Below, one piece after another: positions 20,539-28,876 of a stretch of DNA of 47,855 bases. The stretch is from Candidatus Wallbacteria bacterium GWC2_49_35. GTDB taxonomy: Bacteria; Muiribacteriota; UBA9980. A model generated the notes under the pieces. That model did not search any database and was not told the DNA's origin. It saw only the letters and a list, made by a program, of their open reading frames with translations. Made by a program: the position numbers and the translations under genes. The stretch lies in assembly GCA_001791795.1 (NCBI GenBank), contig MGFH01000153.1, positions 1-47,855 on the forward strand. Reading direction: 5' to 3'. Within the stretch, counting starts at the first letter, position 1, and every line of letters starts with the position of its first letter.

Positions 20539-21459
20539 ATGTTTAAATCAATCAGAAAAAAATCGATAATTTTCATTCTTGCGGCGCTCACGGTCAACCT
20601 CATGTTCGTCCTTTCGGCCTGCGGAGGAGGCGGGGGCGGCGGAGGCGTCACGCCCGTCACTCCTCCTCCGGTGGACCCCGTTTCGGGCCAGCCCGCCGCG
20701 GTCGGTAATTTCAGCGCCGCCTACGGGTCAAAATTCGGAGATATCACGCTCACCTTCAGCGCTCCCGCTCCGGCCGAGGGCTCGGCCGTTCAATCGTACG
20801 ACATCCGTTACGCCAACACCGCCATCACGGCAGCTCAATTTTCATCGTGCAGCCAGATAGTGCAGACCATGGCGCCCAAAAGCGCGGGCTCCACGGAATC
20901 ATTCACTTTCAACATATCGGCTCTCGTTTCCAGTTCCATATTCAAGGGCGCTAATATTTATTTCGCCGTCCAGTCGGCGTCGAATGCCGGCTACGTGTCC
21001 GCGATATCCAATATCGCCGCCATTAAGGCTCCCTGGCAGACTCAGGTAAAGGTCTATTACAAGAACGACGCTTCGAAATTCTCGATACTGGCGTTCGGCA
21101 TCCAGGGAAACGCCTCTTCGGGAACCGATTCCTTCGACGCCATCATGCCGCTCGAGCATGAATTGAACGATTTCTACGCCCACTTCACGACGGCGAGCGA
21201 CAAGCTGGTCGTAAATACCCATCCCGATTTCACCATCGACGACAAATGGACGTTCGACGTGACCGGCGCGCCGCTTTCGATCGTAAAGATAGAGTTCCCG
21301 GCGTTCAGCTCGAACGGCCCCTACCTCAACAACGTCGTGCTGATAGAAAAAACGACCGGCTCGAACCAACGCGAATTTGCCGTGCCGGACGCGGTATCCG
21401 CCGCCGAGTTCACGCTCGACGGTACCGGACGCGGCACCTACGACATTTATATCAATTAG
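20539..21459 (+). CDS. Lipoprotein with poly-Gly tether, Fn3-like domain and C-terminal domain similar to the giant protein's terminal domain
   Basis: Lipobox LSA-C (Cys codon 20620-20622) followed by 8 Gly. Fn3-like ITLTFSAP...YDIRY...YFAVQS...SAISN. The ATG directly follows the giant gene's TAA. Confidence 0.8.
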   Translation: MFKSIRKKSIIFILAALTVNLMFVLSACGGGGGGGGVTPVTPPPVDPVSGQPAAVGNFSAAYGSKFGDITLTFSAPAPAEGSAVQSYDIRYANTAITAAQFSSCSQIVQTMAPKSAGSTESFTFNISALVSSSIFKGANIYFAVQSASNAGYVSAISNIAAIKAPWQTQVKVYYKNDASKFSILAFGIQGNASSGTDSFDAIMPLEHELNDFYAHFTTASDKLVVNTHPDFTIDDKWTFDVTGAPLSIVKIEFPAFSSNGPYLNNVVLIEKTTGSNQREFAVPDAVSAAEFTLDGTGRGTYDIYIN

Positions 21460-21538
21460 AATCTTTATATAAAATCCGGAATGAACTAAAATCAATAATT
21501 TCAAAATTCCGAAAACTGAATATCGTTTATAACACCCG

Positions 21539-21570
21539 ATAATGGCGCGCGGCAGCGTGCCATTATTTTT
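21539..21570 (+). terminator. Intrinsic terminator ending the giant protein/lipoprotein operon
   Basis: ATAATGGCGCGC-GGCA-GCGTGCCATTAT followed by TTTT; 12-bp stem with one G-U pair and a GNRA loop. Confidence 0.7.
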
Positions 21571-21658
21571 ATCCGGAGGTTTTCGCGCGCCCATTTTTTT
21601 TCCGGCAGTCAGGACATTTTACGAGTTTTATGATATAATTTAAACAGGGGGAGTAATT

Positions 21659-22063
21659 ATGAGAATACTCGTAGTGGACGATGATTTCGTCAGCCGCAAA
21701 AAAATGGAGATCATCATGCAGAATTTCGGCGAATGTGATTCGGCGAAAAGCGGCGAAGACGCTGTCGGCATCTTCGTGATGGCCTGCGAGTCACGTTCCC
21801 CCTACGACGTGATAGCCCTCGACATTTCAATGCCCGATGTCGACGGATTCGAAGTTTTATCGAAGATACGCCAGATCGAAGACTCACGCAACATCCAAGC
21901 CGAAAAAAGGGTGAAAGTAATAATGGTTACGGCGAAATCGGATAAGGCTACCGTGGTCGAGTGCTTTCAAAGCGGATGCAACGACTATATCGTCAAGCCC
22001 GCTAACTGGAAGATAGTATTTAATAAACTGGTCAAATTAAAAATACTTAAGTTTTCTCAATAA
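21659..22063 (+). CDS. Single-domain (CheY-like) response regulator
   Basis: ILVVDDD, phosphoacceptor in ALDISMP, MVTA and YIVKP; no output domain. Upstream TGaTATAAT (21631-21639) and SD GGGGAG. Confidence 0.92.
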   Translation: MRILVVDDDFVSRKKMEIIMQNFGECDSAKSGEDAVGIFVMACESRSPYDVIALDISMPDVDGFEVLSKIRQIEDSRNIQAEKRVKVIMVTAKSDKATVVECFQSGCNDYIVKPANWKIVFNKLVKLKILKFSQ

Positions 22064-22076
22064 AACGTTAAAAATT

Positions 22077-25000
22077 ATGAATAAAAATAATCGAAAAAAC
22101 AATGGGATCAATCAGAAAAAATCGATAATTTATTTTTTTATATTATCGCTTTTTTTTTCATATTTATTATTGAACGCCGTCGGCGTTTTTAACGCGAACG
22201 AGGCCTTCGGCCCGTCCGCGGCCGCCGCGCCCCTTGAACTGCGTTTTTTCCTCTTCGTCATCACGGCCATAGTAATTACCGCTTTCGGCCTCACTATTTA
22301 CGGAACGTTTTTCTCTCCGGCGCCGAACGCGGGCCCCGGCCGCCAGGCTTGCGGAGAAGACGGGCCCGCGACGGTCAAAACACCTTTAAATAAAGAAAAA
22401 GCACGAGAGCTGATAGCTGCGTGCTCGAATCTCATAATAACCCATAACAATATCGACGAAGCCGTCAATAAAATCTGCCAGTTGATACTTTCCTCTTTCA
22501 ACATAGACAGAATGCACGTTCTTGAAACGGAAAGCGGCGCGGTCCGCCGCGTCAGAACAGCTGAAAACTCCGGTGCCCGGATTCCAAACTCCGGTTCGTG
22601 CAATATCGCGGCGATGCCGAAAAGCTGGCGCTCATCGCTGGCAGCGGGGATCGTAATAAAAGGGACACCCGGCGGCTTTGAAGGAGACGAGCGAAAATAT
22701 CTTGAAGCGCTGAATATAAAATCGCTGATGCTGGCGCCGTTCAAACGCTCCCGCGAATTCAGCGGCGCGCTGTGTTTCGAAGACCTTACGAATGAGCGCG
22801 TGTGGTCGGAAGAGGAATTTCTGGTTCTGACCGCAGCCGCTGATATCGTCGGAAACGCTATCGAGCACGGACTCGCCGAAGAAGCGCTCGTCGAAAGTGA
22901 ATCTAAATTCAGGAGGATATGCACTCTGACCACGGACGCCGTCATAGCCTGCGACTTCGACGACCGCGTCGTGCTGTGGAACCTTTCGGCCGAGAAAATG
23001 TTCGGATATAAGGCGGACGAGGCTATGGGCAAAAACTTCTACCATCTGGTAGCCTCTCCTAAATACGACGCGGTTTTCCTTCCCGAGGTCGACTTTTTAA
23101 TGTCTTCGGCGATAAATATCGACGAAGGAAGAGCGTTCGAACTCAAGGTCGTCAACAAGAACAAAGAAGAGTTTCCGGTCGAAATGTCAATATCGGCCTT
23201 TAAAATAGGCGGGCGTGACCATACCGTGTGCATAATCCGCGATATAACCGAACGCAAGCGTAACGAAACCGATCTTCGCCAGCGCGACACGCTCCTTGAA
23301 TGCGTAAGCCTCATCTCGGAGCGGCTGTTCAAAGCCGCAAATATCGAAAGCGAACTGGACGGCGTATTAAAAAGCATAGGCGAAGTTTCAGGCGCCGACT
23401 GCGCGTACATACTTAAAAACAGGGCGCTTATCGACGGCAATATCATCGCCAACGCCGATTTCGTGTGGCACTCTGAAAAATGCTTGCTGCACGGCAACTG
23501 CGGCATGCTGAAAAATATCGATTGGGGAAAGGAAGAATACGGCCGCTGGTTCGACTCGCTCACTCATAACCGCATGATCCACGGAAGGGCCGAAAATTTT
23601 AACGAACGCGAAAGGGAAGTTCTCTACAAAAACAAAATCAGCGCGATCATTTTAATGCCGGTATTCGTCATGAAAAACCTGTGGGGCGTGCTGGGGTTGA
23701 ACGAGTGCCACGGAAAAAGGCGCTGGTCGGCCGGCGAGGCCGGCGCGATAAAGCTCGCCGCGAACGTGCTGGGAGCGGCGATCGAGCAACGGCGCAGCGA
23801 GGAACTTCAAAAGGCGAAAGACGCCGCCGAGGCCGCAAGCAGCGCCAAAAGCGAATTTCTGGCTAATATGAGCCATGAAATAAGGACGCCGCTGAACGCG
23901 ATAACGGGCATGACCGAAATATTGATGGACACCGGGCTCGACGAAAGCCAGCGCTGCTTCATGGATATAATCAATAAAGAAGCGGGGTCGCTTCTGAACA
24001 TAATAAACCAGATCCTCGACCTTTCAAGGATAGAAGCGCGCAAATACGAGATCGAAACGCTGGAGTTCGACGTTTTCGACGTCGTGGAAGATATGGCGGC
24101 GGGCTTCGCCCTCAAAGCGGAACGAAAAGGCATACAACTGCTGACGCGCGTCTCGCCTCTTATAAAAAAACGGCTTTGCGGCGATCCTTACAAGATAAGG
24201 CAGATCCTTGTCAATCTGGTCGCAAACGCAGTCAAATTCACCGATACCGGAGAGGTTTTTATATCGGTCGACCTTCTCGAAGAAACCGGCGAAGACGTTT
24301 CGCTTCTGTTCAGCGTCAAAGATACGGGCATCGGCATAGCCCGCGAAAAGCACGCGCTGATATTCGAAAGTTTCACCCAGTCGGACGGCTCGACCACCCG
24401 CAAATACGGCGGAACCGGACTCGGCACCGCCATCTCGAAAAAAATAGTAGAGCTGCTCGGCGGTTCGATAAGCCTCGAAAGCGAGCCGGGGCGAGGAAGC
24501 GCCTTCAGCTTCGACATCCGCCTGACGAAGGCCCCCGGGACTGGCGGGCACGAATTTTGCGGCTTCGATCTTTCGGCCCATAAAATAAGCGCGCTGGTCA
24601 TTTCGAACAACGCCGACTGCGGGGCGATAATAAGCGAATATCTTGAAGCCATGGGTGCCCTGTGCGGCGTCGCCCGAGGCTGGAAAGAAGCCCTGAGCGA
24701 GCTCGACGGCGACGGCCGCCCCGGCGCCGGCATGATTATAATCGACCTGCCCGTGGCCGACTGCGAGCTGTCAGCGATGATCTCCGAGCTGCGCTCGCGC
24801 GAAGCGTATTCTTCGGTACCGGTAATATTGCTGATATCGATCGGCGTCGCCAACTACAGCGCAAATTATAAAGCCGAAGGCGCCGCCGGATGCCTGGTCA
24901 AGCCCGTCAGGCTGAGGGAACTTTATCAGGTCGTATCGGGCGTTTTCAAACCCCGGACGGCGGAGTCCGGAGCGGCGCCTTATGAAAACTCCGGCGAGGT

Positions 25001-25829
25001 CGCCGTCGACGGCCGCAGCCGCCGGATACTGCTTGTCGAAGATTACGAACCTAACCGCCAGGTGGCGCTCATCCATCTCAATAAGGCGGGCTTCGAGGTC
25101 GACTCGGCCGTCGACGGCGGCGAAGCGCTGGAGCTTTTCACTCAGAAAGACTACGACCTGGTCCTGATGGACATTCAAATGCCGGTGATGGACGGATACG
25201 AATCCGCGGCGGCCATGCGGGCTTTCGAGAAGCTCAGAAACGCCCGCGAAAAAAACGGACGGGCCGCCGTCCCAATAATCGCCCTGACGGCGCACGCCAT
25301 AAAAGAGTTCACCGACCGGGCGCTAAAAACCGGAATGGACGATTTTCTTTTGAAGCCGCTGAAAAGAAAAGACCTGTACGCCATGTGCTGCAAGTGGCTG
25401 GAACGGACGGACGAGGCGGGCCGGACGAAAACGTCCCGGGAAGATCCGGATAAAATCGGCGCGAACCGAAGTACCCCCGATAGTTTCGATCTTCGCGGAT
25501 TAATGGAAGATTTTGACGGCGACTTCGAAGCCGTAAGCCGCCTGGTAAAATATTTCATCGAAAACGTAATGGCGCAGTCCGGCGTAATGCGCGGCGCGAT
25601 AGAAGCGGGCGAGCTGAAGACCCTCGAAAGGGAGTCGCATTCGATCAAAGGCGGAGCGTCCAATATTAACGCTCCGCTTGTGTCGAAAGCGGCCGCGGCG
25701 CTCGAGCGCGCCTGTGCGAAGGGCGACATGGAAGAGTGCAGGACGCTTTTGCTCGAATTCGAAAACGAGTTCGGACGTTTCGTAAAGGTAATCCGGTCAT
25801 TAAATCTGGCGGCGGACCTGTCTATTTAA
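22077..25829 (+). CDS. Hybrid sensor histidine kinase (2 TM, GAF, PAS, GAF, HisKA, HATPase, REC, REC, HPt)
   Basis: H-box FLANMSHEIRTPLNAI; N-box NLVANAVKFT; G1 DTGIGI; G2 GGTGLG. PAS WNLSAEKMFGY...RDITERK. Receiver LLVED...LMDIQMP...KP. HPt SHSIKGGASNI. Confidence 0.93.
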   Translation: MNKNNRKNNGINQKKSIIYFFILSLFFSYLLLNAVGVFNANEAFGPSAAAAPLELRFFLFVITAIVITAFGLTIYGTFFSPAPNAGPGRQACGEDGPATVKTPLNKEKARELIAACSNLIITHNNIDEAVNKICQLILSSFNIDRMHVLETESGAVRRVRTAENSGARIPNSGSCNIAAMPKSWRSSLAAGIVIKGTPGGFEGDERKYLEALNIKSLMLAPFKRSREFSGALCFEDLTNERVWSEEEFLVLTAAADIVGNAIEHGLAEEALVESESKFRRICTLTTDAVIACDFDDRVVLWNLSAEKMFGYKADEAMGKNFYHLVASPKYDAVFLPEVDFLMSSAINIDEGRAFELKVVNKNKEEFPVEMSISAFKIGGRDHTVCIIRDITERKRNETDLRQRDTLLECVSLISERLFKAANIESELDGVLKSIGEVSGADCAYILKNRALIDGNIIANADFVWHSEKCLLHGNCGMLKNIDWGKEEYGRWFDSLTHNRMIHGRAENFNEREREVLYKNKISAIILMPVFVMKNLWGVLGLNECHGKRRWSAGEAGAIKLAANVLGAAIEQRRSEELQKAKDAAEAASSAKSEFLANMSHEIRTPLNAITGMTEILMDTGLDESQRCFMDIINKEAGSLLNIINQILDLSRIEARKYEIETLEFDVFDVVEDMAAGFALKAERKGIQLLTRVSPLIKKRLCGDPYKIRQILVNLVANAVKFTDTGEVFISVDLLEETGEDVSLLFSVKDTGIGIAREKHALIFESFTQSDGSTTRKYGGTGLGTAISKKIVELLGGSISLESEPGRGSAFSFDIRLTKAPGTGGHEFCGFDLSAHKISALVISNNADCGAIISEYLEAMGALCGVARGWKEALSELDGDGRPGAGMIIIDLPVADCELSAMISELRSREAYSSVPVILLISIGVANYSANYKAEGAAGCLVKPVRLRELYQVVSGVFKPRTAESGAAPYENSGEVAVDGRSRRILLVEDYEPNRQVALIHLNKAGFEVDSAVDGGEALELFTQKDYDLVLMDIQMPVMDGYESAAAMRAFEKLRNAREKNGRAAVPIIALTAHAIKEFTDRALKTGMDDFLLKPLKRKDLYAMCCKWLERTDEAGRTKTSREDPDKIGANRSTPDSFDLRGLMEDFDGDFEAVSRLVKYFIENVMAQSGVMRGAIEAGELKTLERESHSIKGGASNINAPLVSKAAAALERACAKGDMEECRTLLLEFENEFGRFVKVIRSLNLAADLSI

Positions 25830-25913
25830 AATTCATATTATGTTGGTCCTACAAGGTTTTTCGCAGAACAAACAAGATAAAAAATAAAAAAGATAAAAAA
25901 ATTCAAGAAAAAG

Positions 25914-25942
25914 TTGACAAAGAAAACCTTATGTGTTATAAT
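25914..25942 (+). promoter_or_regulatory. Perfect-consensus sigma70 promoter with extended -10 and A-rich UP element
   Basis: TTGACA (25914-25919), 17-nt spacer, TATAAT (25937-25942) preceded by TG-T; A-tracts at about 25870-25912. Confidence 0.85.
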
Positions 25943-26083
25943 GTTATTACGTTCTTGTCCTGGTACTCACTTTTATTGTTATATTTTAGTATTTTTTTTG
26001 TGGAAAAATATCTATGACAAAATGGGTTTCAAATCAGGCACAAAGAATTCACTATTTTTTTACAATAATTGGGAGGAAGATCC

Positions 26084-26395
26084 ATGGAATTACAAGACAA
26101 AAGTTTAGTTTGCCGCGACTGCTCGAAAGAATTTACGTTCACAGCTTCAGAACAGGAATTCTACAAATCAAAAGGTTTCGAAAACGAACCTACCAGATGC
26201 GCTGATTGTCGCGCAAAACGCAAAAGCGGCTCGATGAGCAATCGTCGCGGCGGCTCAGGCGGCGCTGGCGGCGAAAGACAGCTCTTCACGGTTAACTGCT
26301 CGGACTGCGGAAAAGAAACTCAGGTTCCGTTCAAACCCGTTCAGGAAAAACCCGTTTACTGCCGTGACTGCTATCAGAACAAAAAAAGCAGATAA
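26084..26395 (+). CDS. Double zinc-ribbon protein (zf-trcl-like plus CxxC-x17-CxxC domain)
   Basis: CRDC...CADC, a Gly/Arg linker, then CSDC-x17-CRDC (VPFKPVQEKPVYC). SD GGAGGA at 26072-26077 favours ATG 26084 over TTG 26069. Confidence 0.88.
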   Translation: MELQDKSLVCRDCSKEFTFTASEQEFYKSKGFENEPTRCADCRAKRKSGSMSNRRGGSGGAGGERQLFTVNCSDCGKETQVPFKPVQEKPVYCRDCYQNKKSR

Positions 26396-26423
26396 TTAAC
26401 TTTAAAATATAGACTTATATTTT

Positions 26424-26460
26424 AAACAGGGACGCGATCTATCGCGTTCCTGTTTTTTTT
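26424..26460 (+). terminator. Intrinsic terminator after the zinc-ribbon gene
   Basis: AAACAGGGACGCGA...TCGCGTTCCTGTTT hairpin with a T8 tail. Confidence 0.88.
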
Positions 26461-26538
26461 CGTCCGGCGTTTTGCCGGTTTTATTTTAATTAGTTACCTT
26501 CCATTTATTAATAAATTATTATTTATTTGATTTTAATC

Positions 26539-26567
26539 TTGAAAAATTACGGGATTAATAGTAGAAT
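26539..26567 (+). promoter_or_regulatory. Sigma70-type promoter for the FHA protein/kinase operon
   Basis: TTGAAA-N17-TAGAAT. Confidence 0.55.
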
Positions 26568-26622
26568 ATTGTGGCGGCAGAAAACATACTATTAACGGGC
26601 CGCGGACAGTATTTATTTTTAT

Positions 26623-28866
26623 GTGTGCGGGATCGATGAAATGAGCTCAACTTTTGAAATATCCAGCTCCGAAGTATTTATTTTAAGGCCTTATTCCGAA
26701 TTTGAAATCCGTTTCAAACTCGACGCCGCCAAAGGCGAGCAGCTCAATATTTACTACAAGCTGATAAACTGCAGGGGCTTTAACGCGGACGGAAGCAACG
26801 ACGTCGTGTTTTCCGGAAGCGCCATGATCTCGGCTTCTTCCATGCCTTCGATAACGCTTCAATCACCTGAGATCCCCGGCGATTACAGGCTGTGGGTCTC
26901 CCTCGCCCCCGATTTCGCCGACGCCCGCGCGGCGAGAGTCATCGTGACCGTCACCAAAGTCGAGGTCAGCCCGGAAATATCACTTTTTAAAGACGAATCC
27001 GAACTCATTTCGGGCGTTTTTTTCCTTTACGAAAAAATCACGGTAAAAAAATTATTGTATAACAAGTCCAGCGAATATAAGCTTTTCTTCTGCCAGGCCC
27101 AGCCGTCGTCATCAGTCAGCGCCGGTATCAGCCACCATATCATCAAAGTAGGGTTCCGGCATTTCCTCAAATCGGAACTCATCGGGCTTAACAAGCTCGC
27201 GGCGCGCGGCGCGGAGGGCTTCAGCGAGGCGGCCGATTTCATCTTCAGGGAAGATTTCGGAATAATATTATTCAAGTTCAACGGGGCCGCGTTAAAAACC
27301 GAATGCATTAATCTTATCGATTTCATCGAGTCGAAAAATAAGATCGAAATAATCACCGCGATAAAGAACTTTCTGATCGAAAACCTCACTTCCAACTTCT
27401 ACGGAGAACCTTCGCAAAAAAAAGACGTTCTGATCAACGACTATGAATCGCTTTTTTTCGGCGGCAAGGTGTTCGGCCTCTTTTCATATCCGCCACACGT
27501 GAAGATAGAAGGCGGCGGGCTCGTCAAGCCGATGAAGATCGAAGGAGAGAACCGCAGCACTCTTTTCGAGACGCACAAGTTCAAAGGCACCGTAGAAAAA
27601 GCCTATGACCGCTCCATCGTAGCGCTCGCCAGAAGCGGCGGCAACGTGCTCGAACGCTCTTATTTCATCTATAATCCGGTGATAAAAAAAGAGAGGCTCG
27701 CTAAATTAATAAATTCCACGGAGTACGATTTCGAAATTAAAAGCGCTCCACCGCTTGCTATCGAAGAGTTTTACAACGTCCTTCTGAATAAAACTTTTTC
27801 CGAAAATAAAGACCTGGCCGGATTAATAAAAAAGAACGATATAATAAATTTTCTCAGGGCGGTAAAAAACGAAAAATACTCCTACAAATCGGCATTTTCG
27901 GTCGGCGGCCTCAACCCGCGTGAAATGTATCTATCGGGCGGCGACCAGATATTTATGACCTCGTTCGAAGACGTGGAAACGGACCGGCACATTCTTTATG
28001 ACTTCGCGCTTTTCGAAACATATCTCAAGGTCAACGGCGCTTACAACCTCATGATCAAAAACAGCCTTCCGGCTAAAGCCGCGGATGAGTTCGAGGACGC
28101 GCTCGACGGCGTCCAGACGGTTCAACGGCCGTGCTTCGCGCCTTATCTGGCAGCGATCGAAACGATCCGCGAATGCGCGACGGAGCTTTTTTCAAAACCC
28201 GGAGAAGCCGGAGAATATTACGCGGCGCTCTTTCTGACCGAGATCGGCCTGCTCAAGAATTTTTATATCAACGCTCAGAGCAAAATAGCACAGTTCATCT
28301 TCCGGGCCGCCGATAAGCGCGCGAAGGCTATTTTGAGCGGCTCCATACGGACCTGCAAACTTTTCGGCGGCAATTTCGCGGCGCCCTCAAGGCCGGAGCC
28401 GCCTCAATCCCCGCCGAAGACGGCAGAAGAAAAGAGCGGCGACGAGCCGGATCAAGGTCAAACCGGCGAAGGCCCGAAAAAAAGCGAACCGCCGGCCAGC
28501 CCTATCAAGTCTACTTTCCGCAAGGCGGCACAGAATTTCGTCACTCTCGATAACTACGATCTCTTTCTGGTCTGTCTTTCGCCCCCCTACGCAGGAAAGG
28601 AATTCAAGATCGAACGCGGCGCGACAACCATAGGAAGGTCACGCCAGTCCGACATATGCCTGCGCGAATCCCCTTTCATGTCTGGGCAGCACGCCACCAT
28701 CGAAGTGAGCGAGATCGCCATAAAAATAAAAGATCTGTCGAGCACCAACGGCACGTTCATCAACGGCGACAAAATAGGCGAAAAAGTGGTTCACGAAGAG
28801 TGCGAAGTGCAGTTCGGCGACATATCGTTCAAACTCGAATTCCGTAAAAAAGGACGCAAAAAATAA
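26623..28866 (+). CDS. FHA-domain protein with a central degenerate APH/TCAD9-like kinase-fold region (start may be ATG 26641)
   Basis: C-terminal FHA with TIGRS...SGQHA...DLSSTNGTFING. Central motifs IIKVG...E, VGGLNPREM, MTSFE...HILYDFALFETYLK and EYYAALF. Pro/Glu-rich linker before the FHA. Confidence 0.75.
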   Translation: MCGIDEMSSTFEISSSEVFILRPYSEFEIRFKLDAAKGEQLNIYYKLINCRGFNADGSNDVVFSGSAMISASSMPSITLQSPEIPGDYRLWVSLAPDFADARAARVIVTVTKVEVSPEISLFKDESELISGVFFLYEKITVKKLLYNKSSEYKLFFCQAQPSSSVSAGISHHIIKVGFRHFLKSELIGLNKLAARGAEGFSEAADFIFREDFGIILFKFNGAALKTECINLIDFIESKNKIEIITAIKNFLIENLTSNFYGEPSQKKDVLINDYESLFFGGKVFGLFSYPPHVKIEGGGLVKPMKIEGENRSTLFETHKFKGTVEKAYDRSIVALARSGGNVLERSYFIYNPVIKKERLAKLINSTEYDFEIKSAPPLAIEEFYNVLLNKTFSENKDLAGLIKKNDIINFLRAVKNEKYSYKSAFSVGGLNPREMYLSGGDQIFMTSFEDVETDRHILYDFALFETYLKVNGAYNLMIKNSLPAKAADEFEDALDGVQTVQRPCFAPYLAAIETIRECATELFSKPGEAGEYYAALFLTEIGLLKNFYINAQSKIAQFIFRAADKRAKAILSGSIRTCKLFGGNFAAPSRPEPPQSPPKTAEEKSGDEPDQGQTGEGPKKSEPPASPIKSTFRKAAQNFVTLDNYDLFLVCLSPPYAGKEFKIERGATTIGRSRQSDICLRESPFMSGQHATIEVSEIAIKIKDLSSTNGTFINGDKIGEKVVHEECEVQFGDISFKLEFRKKGRKK

Positions 28867-28876
28867 GGAGCTTTTT

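Noticed and set aside
76-20660. Many antisense and off-frame ORFs inside the two giant genes (e.g. 8563..9753 minus, 396 aa)
   Set aside because: Shadow ORFs expected from GC-rich codon bias; no motifs or SDs, and they are fully nested in well-supported CDSs.
25736-26205. Short ORFs 25736..26017, 25914..26108 and 26014..26205
   Set aside because: They overlap the promoter, leader and zinc-ribbon CDS, are low-complexity AT-rich sequence and lack SDs; a uORF role cannot be supported.
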